From NCBI RefSeq assembly GCF_964204865.1, contig NC_135260.1, forward strand, positions 7,626,001 to 7,690,000: a stretch of 64,000 nt of DNA. Reading direction: 5' to 3'. The translations under genes were made by a program, and so were the position numbers. Below the pieces are notes generated by a model, which was not told the DNA's origin, made no database searches, and saw only the letters and a list, made by a program, of their open reading frames with translations. Within the stretch, counting starts at the first letter, position 1, and each line of letters starts with the position of its first letter. This document shows positions 50,001-61,061 of the stretch, in pieces. Source of the DNA: Styela clava (lineage: Eukaryota).

Positions 50001-52858
50001 TATGATTGGGTATAAAATTATATTTTTATCACGGATCAGAAGATATGCGTCATATATTTTCAATTTCCGTATGCAATGATTAACTGCAATGTAGCATCTA
50101 GTTCTCGTATAGGCCTACCACAGAAAGCATTCTGCGGCCCCTTTGGTTCATGCATCTCCGAAATAGAACCATGCAACACGACGTTGCGAGAAATTAGCAG
50201 ACTAATTGTATTGTCGTTTCATAAACTACGTGACCGCAGCAGGAGCGCATACACGTCGTCCAAAATGAGGGGCTTTGAAAATTAGCATACCGAACCGGAA
50301 ATTTCCATGCAGTGCCTTTAAAACTTTCGTCGAATTGAATATGATATGAAATGCTCAATCATAGAACACAAACACACTGACCAACTTTTCCCTCCTATCA
50401 TTTTTGAATTTTGTTATCAGTGCTGTATTTTCACTCGATTTGTCGCGAAAATATGAGAATGATTTTGACAAATTTACAGGCCAAGAAATATTGCAGAATC
50501 AATCAAACACTGGAAGCCGAATATGAATACAGTTGAAGCCTTTTTGTCCTATACCAATGGTTCATCAGAGTGGGAGAGCATTGATTGGTTGAAAAGCATC
50601 ACAAATCTTCCTGTATTGGTTAAAGGAATATTGACCGGTAAATTAAACTTTGTGTTCTTTATTTATAAACCATAAAAACTTCTCTTTCCTAAAAACAAAT
50701 TTCAGAGGAAATGGCATCAGAAGCGTTGGAACACAATGTTGATGGTATTTTAGTTTCAAACCACGGAGGACGACAGCTTGGTGGAACGTTTTCCACTGTA
50801 AGTTTTTTTCTTGTTTGACACTAAGTGAACCCATGCATCGTTTTGTTAAATTGTTGTCGTTAGTATTCTTGTTGTTGCTGTGGTTGTAATAAAATCGTCT
50901 TTCTCTTTAACCACTAGACCAATTGCTTTGAAAAGTTAAGTGGTTAGAGTTTGTTTTTGTCGCTATTATTTGGAAATTTCTATGGGATTTATTTTTCACT
51001 TGAAGTTTTGTAGCACCGCGATCTGGTGCTAAGCGGAAAACTACCAGCACTATAAAAGATTTTGATATTACTTCGTTGTCCAAATATTTGAGCATTGATC
51101 TCTTTCAAACCCCGTAAACAGTTGTTTAAATGAATTTTAATATTTCTAGCAATTGAATATACATAGTGTAATATTTATGAATATCCGCAGCATTTACACT
51201 CTTCGAAATTTCTAAAAACGTACCTCAACTTTTAGATCGACTCCCTTCCCGAAGTGGTGAAAACAGTGAATGGACGATGCGATGTTTACTTTGATGGAGG
51301 AATTCGTAAGGGAACTGACATTGCGAAAGCAATCGCTCTTGGTGCAAAAGCTGTATTTATTGGCAGGCCTGTACTATGGGGGCTTGCTTGTGGGGTATGG
51401 TCGATATCCGTATTTATAGCACTGAGACAATGATTAATGTCGTTTCAAATATATATTTCAAATTATGATTTTTGAAAGACATGGACTTCTAATAGGCTTT
51501 GGTTAGTTCCAGCCTGTCTCCATGCAGATTGAAAATTAAAGTACTGGAAGGTTTAACGCGGGGTCGTCCAACCCGTGGCCCGCGGGCCACATGTGGCCCG
51601 GTGAGGAGTTTAGAGTGGCCCGCGCTGTATTTTCGAAATTAAATAAAAAAAATTAGTAAAACTTCTATTTTTCGAGAGATGTAGTAAATATGAAGATTTG
51701 ATACAAACAATTTGTTCATTTTTCCGAAAAGCGCTCTGCTAGTCCGTTCAAACGAGTCGCGAGTACCATCACCGACTGAAAGATATCGATACATAAATAG
51801 TAGCTCACACACTTGGGCAGAATGGCAGTTTTAATGACCTCATAATCTGACAGCACGTACTCGTACAATTTTTTTTTACAGATGAACCATGTCAAATCCC
51901 CTGTGAGACCACTAATTTCTGACAGTCATATGGGAAATTCGCTTCGCGTTGCTACATCGTCCTTTTCAGCGAATATTGACAAACTTGTTAGCGAAAAACA
52001 GTGCCAAACTTCACATTAAAATGTCTACGTGTAGAAAAAATCTTTGTTGACTTTACTGTATCTTCGTTTTTTTATTGTTCTTATTATTGAGAAAGTTTGA
52101 AGCGAGGGTTTTGTTTGTTTTTTGGAAGATGGAAGCAATACTGTGCACTGGTTCCGCAAAACTTTAGTTAATGAATGCATGGTCTGGGACAGAAGTATGT
52201 CATCACAAAATTCTGTCTCGCCAAGCACGAAGAAACATATTTGGAAATTTGAATAATAAAGTTTGAATCGTTTTTACAGGGGGAAAATGGAGCACGAAAA
52301 GTTTTGGAAATTTTAAGAGATGAATTCACACTTGCAATGCAGTTATTGGGTATGAAAAAACAAAGGATTGACGAAGTGCAGTACAAATAATACTGCGCTA
52401 CTGTTACAACTCTTTTCAAATACACACCTGCACGCCTTGAGCATACTTCAGAAACATTCTATTGTAAACCAATAACTCGACCACAAAACTTTATTTAATT
52501 AGATGCAAACTCGTTGCAGCGCGAAATCATGTTTAATTTCATTTGATACGACGTTCATCCGTCCCTGTCGTACTATATTTTTAACTTACAAAATCAGTAG
52601 ATTTTTTCGCCAAGAATGAAGTGTCCGTAATTTGCAGACAAATACCGCAACCAAATTCGACTCACTGCGGATCATATATTCAAATCGACCAAGGTCTAAG
52701 ATCGACTAAGGATTTTATAATAATGATTGAGTGGTTTATAATCATAACACGCACAGAATAACTAAGTTCTTTTATTTACAGGGGTGAAGACACTTCAAGA
52801 ACTGCAAACAACGCCAAATTTAGTCGTACATGAGACACGAATTCTTTCAAAATTTTGA
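47042..52858 (+). CDS. FMN-dependent 2-hydroxy-acid oxidase-like paralog B, ~367 aa; exons 47042-47178, 47721-47872, 49352-49467, 49772-49914, 50480-50637, 50706-50797, 51236-51394, 52280-52349, 52782-52858
   Basis: Same intron positions as paralog A; [26 protein letters not shown]; ends SKF. Confidence 0.93.
47900..48780. mobile_element. Charlie-like hAT MITE in paralog B intron 2
   Basis: TIR CAGGGG(A/T)GGCCAAC; TSD aagtacac / atgtacac with central TA. Confidence 0.8.
50815..51105 (+). mobile_element. Diverged HINE copy in paralog B intron 6
   Basis: TTGACAC start, (TGT)n, GACCAATTGCTTTGAAA, end TGTCCAAATATTTGAGCATTGATCTCTT. Confidence 0.6.
51558..52200 (+). mobile_element. Charlie/SPIN-like hAT remnant in paralog B intron 7
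   Basis: GGGGTCGTCCAACCCGTGGCCCGCGGGCC end motif; transposase C-terminal remnant [26 protein letters not shown] at ~51880-52020; right end uncertain. Confidence 0.55.
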
Positions 52859-53363
52859 TTACACGTTTCCGATATTATGCTCGATTTCATAGTTCAACCG
52901 TTCGATATGCTACCTGCAATTATAATCTTTTGTATGTTGCAAAATTATTATATATTCTCTAAAACGAAGGCATTGAGAAGTACCTATACCAATGCAGCAA
53001 ATTTAAATCCACGGCGTAGAAGAAGTGGATATAAAGGTAGTAGGGGGACAGTCATATGTCGAAAAATATTAAATTCGGCAGTTTTATTCTTTGTGCAACA
53101 GGACAATTCTTGAAGAAAAGCCTTATTCAGGCTAGTACAGAATAAGCCTTCTAATTGTGCGGAACAAGGTAGCACCAATACAAGCATTTAAAACAAGAAA
53201 TTATGCAAGTGCAACTTGATCCATGTTTTTTCAACCTAAAATGATTCTCCCCCCTCAAACTAAACTTTGAGAAGGACCTGCTAAGATAACTCACTGAATG
53301 AGGGTGTACTCCCGAGGTCGTACATATTTAGGACGATTTCGTTTAATAGCATACAAGGGGGTA

Positions 53364-53640
53364 GCTGGCCCAAACTTTTGGTAAGGGCCATTTTTTCAAT
53401 ACGACGGTTACCTGCGCCCTTCGTCCCGAACGAGGCCAGGTACAAGTAGAGACTGATATGTAACGACATCATAAAGAAGATCTCCACAGACCTACTTTGC
53501 TATCGAAGCAATAGGATATGATTTAGTTTAATAGCAGACAAGGGCGTCGCTGGCCCAAATATTTGGGAGGGCTATTTTTTGATACGACGGTTACTCGCGG
53601 TCCTCCTCCAAACGAGGCCAGGTAAACGTAGCGACTAAAG
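53364..53640. repeat. Diverged direct repeat, ~185-bp period
   Basis: GCTGGCCCAAA...ATACGACGGTTAC...AACGAGGCCAGGTA at ~53364 and ~53549. Confidence 0.6.
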
Positions 53641-55089
53641 AACCGCTCCACAAACTCACTTCGCTGTCAAAGACATCCAAGTGCGCAATCTTATCTATTT
53701 CGAATGGTGCGATGTGTGCCGAATTATCCATGAATCGCTCAAGAATATAGCAGAGTTAATTAATCTAACTCGAAAAAATTCACTTTTGTTGCTCAATCAG
53801 TCATATAAAATAATGTAGTCAAATGAACATAAATGCCTCACGACAAACTTCTCCGATTTCAAGATTGTCTCGGAATTTATACACATGAAAAAACATATCA
53901 ATTATCTGTAAAACGAGAGCGTATGTGAGAGTTGAAAATAGGGTCATTTCATCCAAAGCCTTTGTTTCCATATATTCAAGCATTGTTCCCTTATTTCGAA
54001 TTAATTATTTCAGTCAACGGACATTTCAGATGAGGAAGTAGTAGGGTCATTGAAAATGAACAGTCTAAAGTAATAAACAGTCCGCATTACTAAGTGAATC
54101 AGATATTATTCAATGAACACATCACCTAAGGCAAATAGGTTAATCATACGAGATAATATACCATTGGATGACGCATTGAGACAATCAAAAGCTGGAGGTA
54201 TATTCATCAAGTTTTAATATGAGCAATGCAGGAAATAAATTATGATAATCAAAGCTAGCTTCAATTGACGACACGGAATGACTGTGTGTTTGTGACAGAT
54301 CACCGTCATGAGAGAGAGAAGAAATTTTTCCAGTACAACACTTACACAACACTAAATAACTTGCCTTAAATTTTTTAACCAGCAGACAACAATTATTCAC
54401 TAACAATGTTGTCTCTGAGCTTATATGAAATACCACAACTAAAGACTGAAACTCATTGAGTGCTTCAACTAAAATTTATTACGGAGTACGGACATTGACA
54501 AACTTCAAATTTGGGATGGCCAGATGGATACCTTGTTAAGTAATATTTTCGAATATTGAATGTATTCTAGGTGTAACTAGGTTCAATACGATAGAAAAAT
54601 ATGCAGAAATTAAAGTAAATTTGTATTAATTATTTAAGTAACGCGGAATGGTTAAGATAAACATTGTCATCATTTTTTACAGTGTCATAAGCATAATAGT
54701 CGATAGTCACCACATGCTGTAAGCTATGACAATATTTTCATAAAAAAAAAATATTTTAAATTATTCCTAAATTAAGAATTTACTATATTCAGTATATATA
54801 TATAAATATTTCGAATGTAATCAAGCATTTAAATACTTTTTTCCTGCTTTAAATATATTTTACTAAAAATGGTATAGTAGAATTAATTATCAACTGTTCG
54901 CAACAGTGTATTATGCTAAACTTATAGTGTACCCCGAAAGGTAGGAAGAAAAATATATGTCCGAATGTCCAAATAACTCTTCATTTGAAACTAAGTAAAA
55001 GAGATAAATAATTCTCTAACAAGAAAAAGTCTCTCTGTGAGGTGCAGTCTATATATAATGGAGTGTGTTGTTCCACCTATATCCTAAAA

Positions 55090-55535
55090 CAGTGCATTTC
55101 AAATGGGGTTCCACTAAACCTTAGTAACTCTAGTATTCCGCAATACACTTATTGATATTCCGTAAGTTTTAGTCGTTCTACCCTACATGGTTTGTTGAGA
55201 ATTTCCATTTGTGTGGATTTTGTCGTTTTTTCAATACTTATTTGTATGAAACAGTATTTTTTGCTTCAATAACTATTAAGTCGCCTGAGTAGTGTGGATA
55301 TTTGAGCAAAGATTTCATTGAGCAACATGGGGCCACGATTTGTGATAGAAATGCAATAGCAGGAGTGTTATTAAATTTCATTTTTTATAGTAACCTTTCA
55401 TTGTTCTTGTTGTAGTGGAAATATTTGGTTTCTCATACACTTATGAGTATTTTCGAATATTTCTCAATGTGAGTTCTGTAATGAGCCTAATAGCATATCA
55501 GAGGTTTCACAAGGATGAAAGGCTGAAAAGCACTG
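55090..55535. mobile_element. hAT MITE
   Basis: CAGTGCATTTCA / TGAAAAGCACTG termini; TSD tcctaaaa / tcctagac. Confidence 0.6.
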
Positions 55536-55701
55536 TCCTAGACATTATTCCTGATCGAAGTTAAGATAATCAAGAAGGTTTTTGTGCTTCCTTATGTTCG
55601 ATTAAATAACACCAGTAACAGATTTGGTAACAGAATCATAAAGTACAGACAATGAATACTACAAAAAATGTAAAAATAGACAATGTAACACTGAACTTTA
55701 T

Positions 55702-58700
55702 TCATGCCAAGTAAAATCCTTGACTCTTTATCGCTACTCTTAGTTTGGTTTCTAAAGCCTCCTTGCTCGAGTATCTCGGTAAATCAAGGACATTGAAGCA
55801 AGTGTGAGCTACTGGAAGATAGTCATCACCAAATGGCATTGGCTGTATTATAATCTCAAGGCCATTGATTGGAATTTTATTGTAACCAGTCAGAAACCGA
55901 ACAAAATCTTTCTTTTCATCATTTGTGAGGGAATGAAAAACTTGCCAAAACCAGATTATAACTTGATGATTGTGATAGTATTCACCCTTGTATTGGGTCT
56001 TCTTCTGTAATTCTTCCCAATTGTAATTCTGATTTCCAACAACCATTTCCATCAGTTCTTCTGGTCTGAAGAGGTTCATTACTTCACCGCCACATACTTT
56101 ATGAAAACCTTTGCTGAACCATTCAAAAGGAGATCTGATCGAATCATTAAAAATATAATTCATGTATGCACTAACATAATGTGATCTGTTTTCAGCAGTC
56201 ACTGCAACTGAAGAACCATTTTCTATCAAATCGACATGAGTAACCTCCCCAAATAACTCTCGAGGAACAGTGAAATCAAGACCAAATGTTTCTTCCACAG
56301 TGTCTCCATCTTCTTCCATGAAATTCAATAACTGTTGCATGCCACTACCAACCATTGGCTCAAGTTCACTGAGATCTGCTAGTGTAGGTTGAAAGCCAAG
56401 CAATTTCTTGTATAATGCTAAAGGAAAATTCAAGTCTATGATTGTGCTATTATATATCGCTAACCCACATATTGTACCGATTAGCAAATACGTTTCATCT
56501 GTTTCAATTTCATAGTCTGTAAACCATATTAGGTTTGAATCTTTATAATGACGAAACATTCCATATTTAGGATTTAATACTTCTTGTAAAATGAGCATAA
56601 AGAATTCTTTTCTCACTCCTCCCGCATCTTGGCCCTCTTCACCTTCAAACTTCACAGTAAAGGGCCTTTTTAAATTTCCTATGGAACGAATGTTGTGAAT
56701 TGCATCTTCGACAAGCCTCTGTCTTCTTACATGAATTTCTATAACAGGTGGTTCAAGATAACCTGAATCAAGCCCTAAAAATGCAGCCATATTCTGACCC
56801 CTAGCATGTAGGTATGCTTCATGCATTTGAAAACGTGCATCAAGTTGCAATAAAATGGTTTTGGCTTTTGAGTTAAAGACAAATGGATATCGACAAAAAC
56901 TGAAGTCTGTACCACGATTTCGTGCCCATTGTTGATAGTCAGCTTCAAGAGGAATAAGATCATTCAATTCAGGTATATAAAATTTTTGAAAATTAACAAT
57001 AGCAATATCACAAATATTGTTTACCTTATTCAACTTTGAAAGAAAGTTGAGCAACAAAAGCACCTTCGGTTTTACAATATCTGGAGGTAGTCCGATTCTG
57101 ATAGTTGCAACAATACACTTTTGGCACATACTGATCGGGGTCATAAAATGTACAGGATCTAATGATCTGTACCATTGGTCAAGAATTTTTGATGGATTCT
57201 CCGCAAGAAGCAAAAGTTGTTGCACAAACGGAAACAGTAGACTATCATAACATTCAGGTTCATGTAAAAGTGGTAGTTCCGGCAATGAAAGATACAATCT
57301 AAGTGCTTCAATATCAGGTGGATTAGATGGCAATAGTGGCAGAAGTTTGGAGCTTATAAATGATTCAATTTTTTGTAGCACTCTTTTATTTTTACATTGC
57401 GTTATTTTTGCAAATAAAAGTCTTGCGCTCATCATATTAATACCGGGATATTTGGTACTAGTTTGATGATGATCAGATGAAAGAAATGACGCATTCAAGC
57501 AACCTTGAGAACTCATAACACACTCCAACTGATTTATGATATCGGCTGGTACTTGTGTATCATTACCCAATTGTGATACTCTTTCACAAAGTTCGCTATT
57601 TAATGTCCATATTCTCCGATGCTTCAATACTTCTCGGAAATCAAGTGCTGATTCATTTTGTTTAGAACACATTAATACAAAACTTTGATTACCATTGGCA
57701 GCAATTTCCTTAATGTTATAAAGTGATACTCCAGGATATTGATGTGCATTATTCTGTGAGGTATTCCGATCACACCAAGGTCCTTTCACAATGGTTGGCA
57801 CTTTGACACATTCTAGTTTATCACCAATACCAAGCTGTCCCTTGATTCCACTGCCACAGGCAAACACGTTTCCAGAATCAGGAACGAATGCAATAGTGTG
57901 TAGTTGACCACATGCCACTTGTGTAACAACACTCCCCATTAGTTCGAATACTTTTCTAGGATTGACTTCAAATTCAGATATGGTTCCATGGCCAAGTTGT
58001 CCTTTGGAAGATGAACCAAATGTAAAAACACCGCCATCTTTTGTCAAAACGGCACTATGGAAATCACCAGCTGCCACAAACATAACTTCTTGTGATCTGA
58101 GCATTCGAAGAAGACATGGGCTTGTTCGATTAGCCCGATCACCCAATCCCAATTGTCCGCAGTCATTTCTGCCCCAGCAAAAAACACGACCAGATACTGT
58201 TACACAAAATGAATGCCATCCACTAGCAGCCACCTGTCCAATTGGTAGGCCACGTAGTGAAACTATTTCATAGGGCTGTGAGGATGGAGAATAACTCCCA
58301 ATTCCTAGTTGACCATATTCATTGTCGCCCATAGAATAAATTGTTCCATCGTGAAGCAACATTAATGAATGAAATTTGCCACATGAAATCTGGACCACTC
58401 TCCTAGATTGCAAAAATTTGATACTCTTAGGCACCTTCACAAGTAAATTGTTTGATGATGAATCTTCCAGTCCAAGCTGCCCATGTTGATTTTCTCCCCA
58501 GCCATATACTTGCCCTCTGTCACTAACAGCAAACACATGATCACCACCAGAAAATATATCAACAATGTTGAATGTTTCTAAAGCTGTGACTTTGGTACTG
58601 GAATCTGAATTTCCAAATGTGTGAACAGAACCATCATTAAGAAGAATGCAACACTGACAGTTAGAAACTGCCAAAAATTTAATATTCTCCCAGTTTGAAG

Positions 58701-58779
58701 CAGGCACACGTTCAGGTCTTGTAAGTTCATGGCCTAATTCATAGAATTTACCGACAGCATTCTCACCCCAGGCAAACAT
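55702..58779 (-). CDS. Small HERC E3 ubiquitin ligase (HERC3/4-like; RCC1 repeats + HECT), intronless, 1025 aa
   Basis: Repeated GxNxxGQLG RCC1 blades; FEGEEGQDAGGVRKEFF, FPLALYKKL, catalytic AHTCFNVLDLP, terminal GFYLA. Confidence 0.95.
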   Translation of the reverse strand: MFAWGENAVGKFYELGHELTRPERVPASNWENIKFLAVSNCQCCILLNDGSVHTFGNSDSSTKVTALETFNIVDIFSGGDHVFAVSDRGQVYGWGENQHGQLGLEDSSSNNLLVKVPKSIKFLQSRRVVQISCGKFHSLMLLHDGTIYSMGDNEYGQLGIGSYSPSSQPYEIVSLRGLPIGQVAASGWHSFCVTVSGRVFCWGRNDCGQLGLGDRANRTSPCLLRMLRSQEVMFVAAGDFHSAVLTKDGGVFTFGSSSKGQLGHGTISEFEVNPRKVFELMGSVVTQVACGQLHTIAFVPDSGNVFACGSGIKGQLGIGDKLECVKVPTIVKGPWCDRNTSQNNAHQYPGVSLYNIKEIAANGNQSFVLMCSKQNESALDFREVLKHRRIWTLNSELCERVSQLGNDTQVPADIINQLECVMSSQGCLNASFLSSDHHQTSTKYPGINMMSARLLFAKITQCKNKRVLQKIESFISSKLLPLLPSNPPDIEALRLYLSLPELPLLHEPECYDSLLFPFVQQLLLLAENPSKILDQWYRSLDPVHFMTPISMCQKCIVATIRIGLPPDIVKPKVLLLLNFLSKLNKVNNICDIAIVNFQKFYIPELNDLIPLEADYQQWARNRGTDFSFCRYPFVFNSKAKTILLQLDARFQMHEAYLHARGQNMAAFLGLDSGYLEPPVIEIHVRRQRLVEDAIHNIRSIGNLKRPFTVKFEGEEGQDAGGVRKEFFMLILQEVLNPKYGMFRHYKDSNLIWFTDYEIETDETYLLIGTICGLAIYNSTIIDLNFPLALYKKLLGFQPTLADLSELEPMVGSGMQQLLNFMEEDGDTVEETFGLDFTVPRELFGEVTHVDLIENGSSVAVTAENRSHYVSAYMNYIFNDSIRSPFEWFSKGFHKVCGGEVMNLFRPEELMEMVVGNQNYNWEELQKKTQYKGEYYHNHQVIIWFWQVFHSLTNDEKKDFVRFLTGYNKIPINGLEIIIQPMPFGDDYLPVAHTCFNVLDLPRYSSKEALETKLRVAIKSQGFYLA

Positions 58780-61061
58780 GGTAGAATCCTGGAGCGAGCA
58801 TTAGCAAACTACACTGAAATAGTAAATGAATATAATCAATAACAGGTAAACATTATTAAGTGCATCTGATTACAAAACAAATGAATAAAATTAAGAACAT
58901 TGTACACAGAGACATACAGTAATTTGAAATTGTTGCTAAACTCAATGATAAAATTTGAACTTGAAGCATAGGAATAGAATAGATAGGAATAAAAAAGTAA
59001 CCTGCATAAACACCGATTGTCTGCCAATTGCTATTATTTGCCTCTTCAAGAAAACTTGCTCAAAGCAAAGGTAAAAGCACACAAATAAGTGGGTTATGAA
59101 TGAAATACTGAAAGATACTATTTTTAAAAAGTTGGAAATGCTGAATGGATAAATTAATCCATTATCTGAATGAATACTTGCTAGAATAAGTGTCTATCAC
59201 AACCATTAATAGCATCCAGATAGTACGTTGCCACTTTTCACAACAAAAACTTCAACAACATTTACAGATGCATTTTTAATACAGTGTATAATTGTTAGAA
59301 ATGATATAAAGATTCATAGAATTATTTTTAAAAGAAGAACAAATTAACAAACAAGACTCAAAGTAGTTTGAAAATTTTTCCATAATAGTGGAGAATATGA
59401 AATCGAATTACAGTAATATGTTTTACAATAATACAAGATCGGCCATCAATAAAATGCATTATTATTATTATAATTCACATTAATATATAGAAGAAATAAC
59501 AAAATTAAAAAAACATGGAAAGGATAGAAAACAAACTGTGAAATGCTTTTAAGTTTCATTTCAAATAGACAAACCTTTTGACAAATAGAAAATGAACTGA
59601 TCGTAAAAGGAATGAAGCTATTCAATGTCCATATTACAAGTATATATCATTATCCAAACAGCAACAATTCATTTGATATTTGCTTTGTACATTCAAATCA
59701 AATATCAACAAAAGATCACTTCACTTTCACTATTCAATGTCCTATATTAATTTGAAAATCAGGAACTCATGGTATTCCTTTTAAGCCAGAATAAACTTAC
59801 TGTAGTAAAATGCGACAAAGCAGTGAATTGAATTTCAACATTGAATATTCAAATTGAAAACATTTCGTATATTTATGCGTAAAATGTTATATTATTATAT
59901 ATTATAATAAAATTTCATAAATAATAATCAGTAAAGACTTCAGCAAGTAAACAAACAACATATTAAGCATTTCAAAATATTTTTCAGACTGCTTATGGAG
60001 TTGAGTGAATCATTACTCAAACCCACACAATCAGTATTCATCCCACTTCTACTCTTAATTAGATTTATATGAGCAATGAATTAGTCAATCCTCTTACAAC
60101 ATATAAAACAAATATTGTCAGCTGCATTTGTAAGCTTTCAAAAGCAGATGCTACTTAATGCGATTACGAATGAAATGTCAAAAACACAGCAACTGAATAA
60201 ATTAAAATAAATCGCTGGAAGAGACTCAAAGTACCTTATGCCACATTTTGAGATTTGTAATCATGATTTTTGTAATTGTTTGGTAATACCAGCCACACCT
60301 AAAAATGGACACAGTAGGTTCTTTCTGAAATCAAGACTAAAACAAGGACATCAGCTACTTTAGTTTTACTGTGGCGATATGTATACAATAACATATTTAC
60401 AAAATATACATTCACAGTAAATTTGACAGTTGAGCTTTATTCGGAAATTCAGATTAAACGTTGATAAACACCATCAATAGAAAAAAGTGACTGGGCAGTG
60501 GGTTTTCAAAGTTATCCCCCTTGTTGCATATGAAATAAATTATGTTTGCATAAGGGGAACACTATTTTTCCCCATAGTTCATTCATATTTTGCCTACAGT
60601 GGAATCATGAACTGAAAAACTTGCTGGATATCACCAACAATATTAAACACATAAAATAAAAAAGTTGTTGAATACAGATTGAAAAAAGTAAATATACATC
60701 GAAACATTTCAATTATCAAAATTACGATCAGATATTTCAGAAATTCAAGGTGGATAACATGCATGGATTGGAAACATAATTATATTCACCAACAATGCAA
60801 TAATATCAAAAGACACTTTTCCCAATTTATATATACCATTCAAACGTAAGTCTTAAATTCTAAGCTGAAACAAAATAAATATAATATACTAAAGGGTGGT
60901 GGCCTGGTCACATTAACCATAACCTCAATATATAATACAATTGGGAAGGTAGGCTATGCCAAATACCCTTCTCAATAATCAGAACTTTATATTCATACAT
61001 GGATTTCATTAAATACACATATATAGACATAGTCATTGGCCAATGGCCATACTATTTTTTT

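Noticed and set aside
28176-52858. Horizontal transfer origin for the divergent hydroxy-acid oxidases
   Set aside because: Exon sizes (137, 152, 92, 159, 70 nt) match the animal HAO gene structure as I recall it, indicating vertical descent and local duplication.
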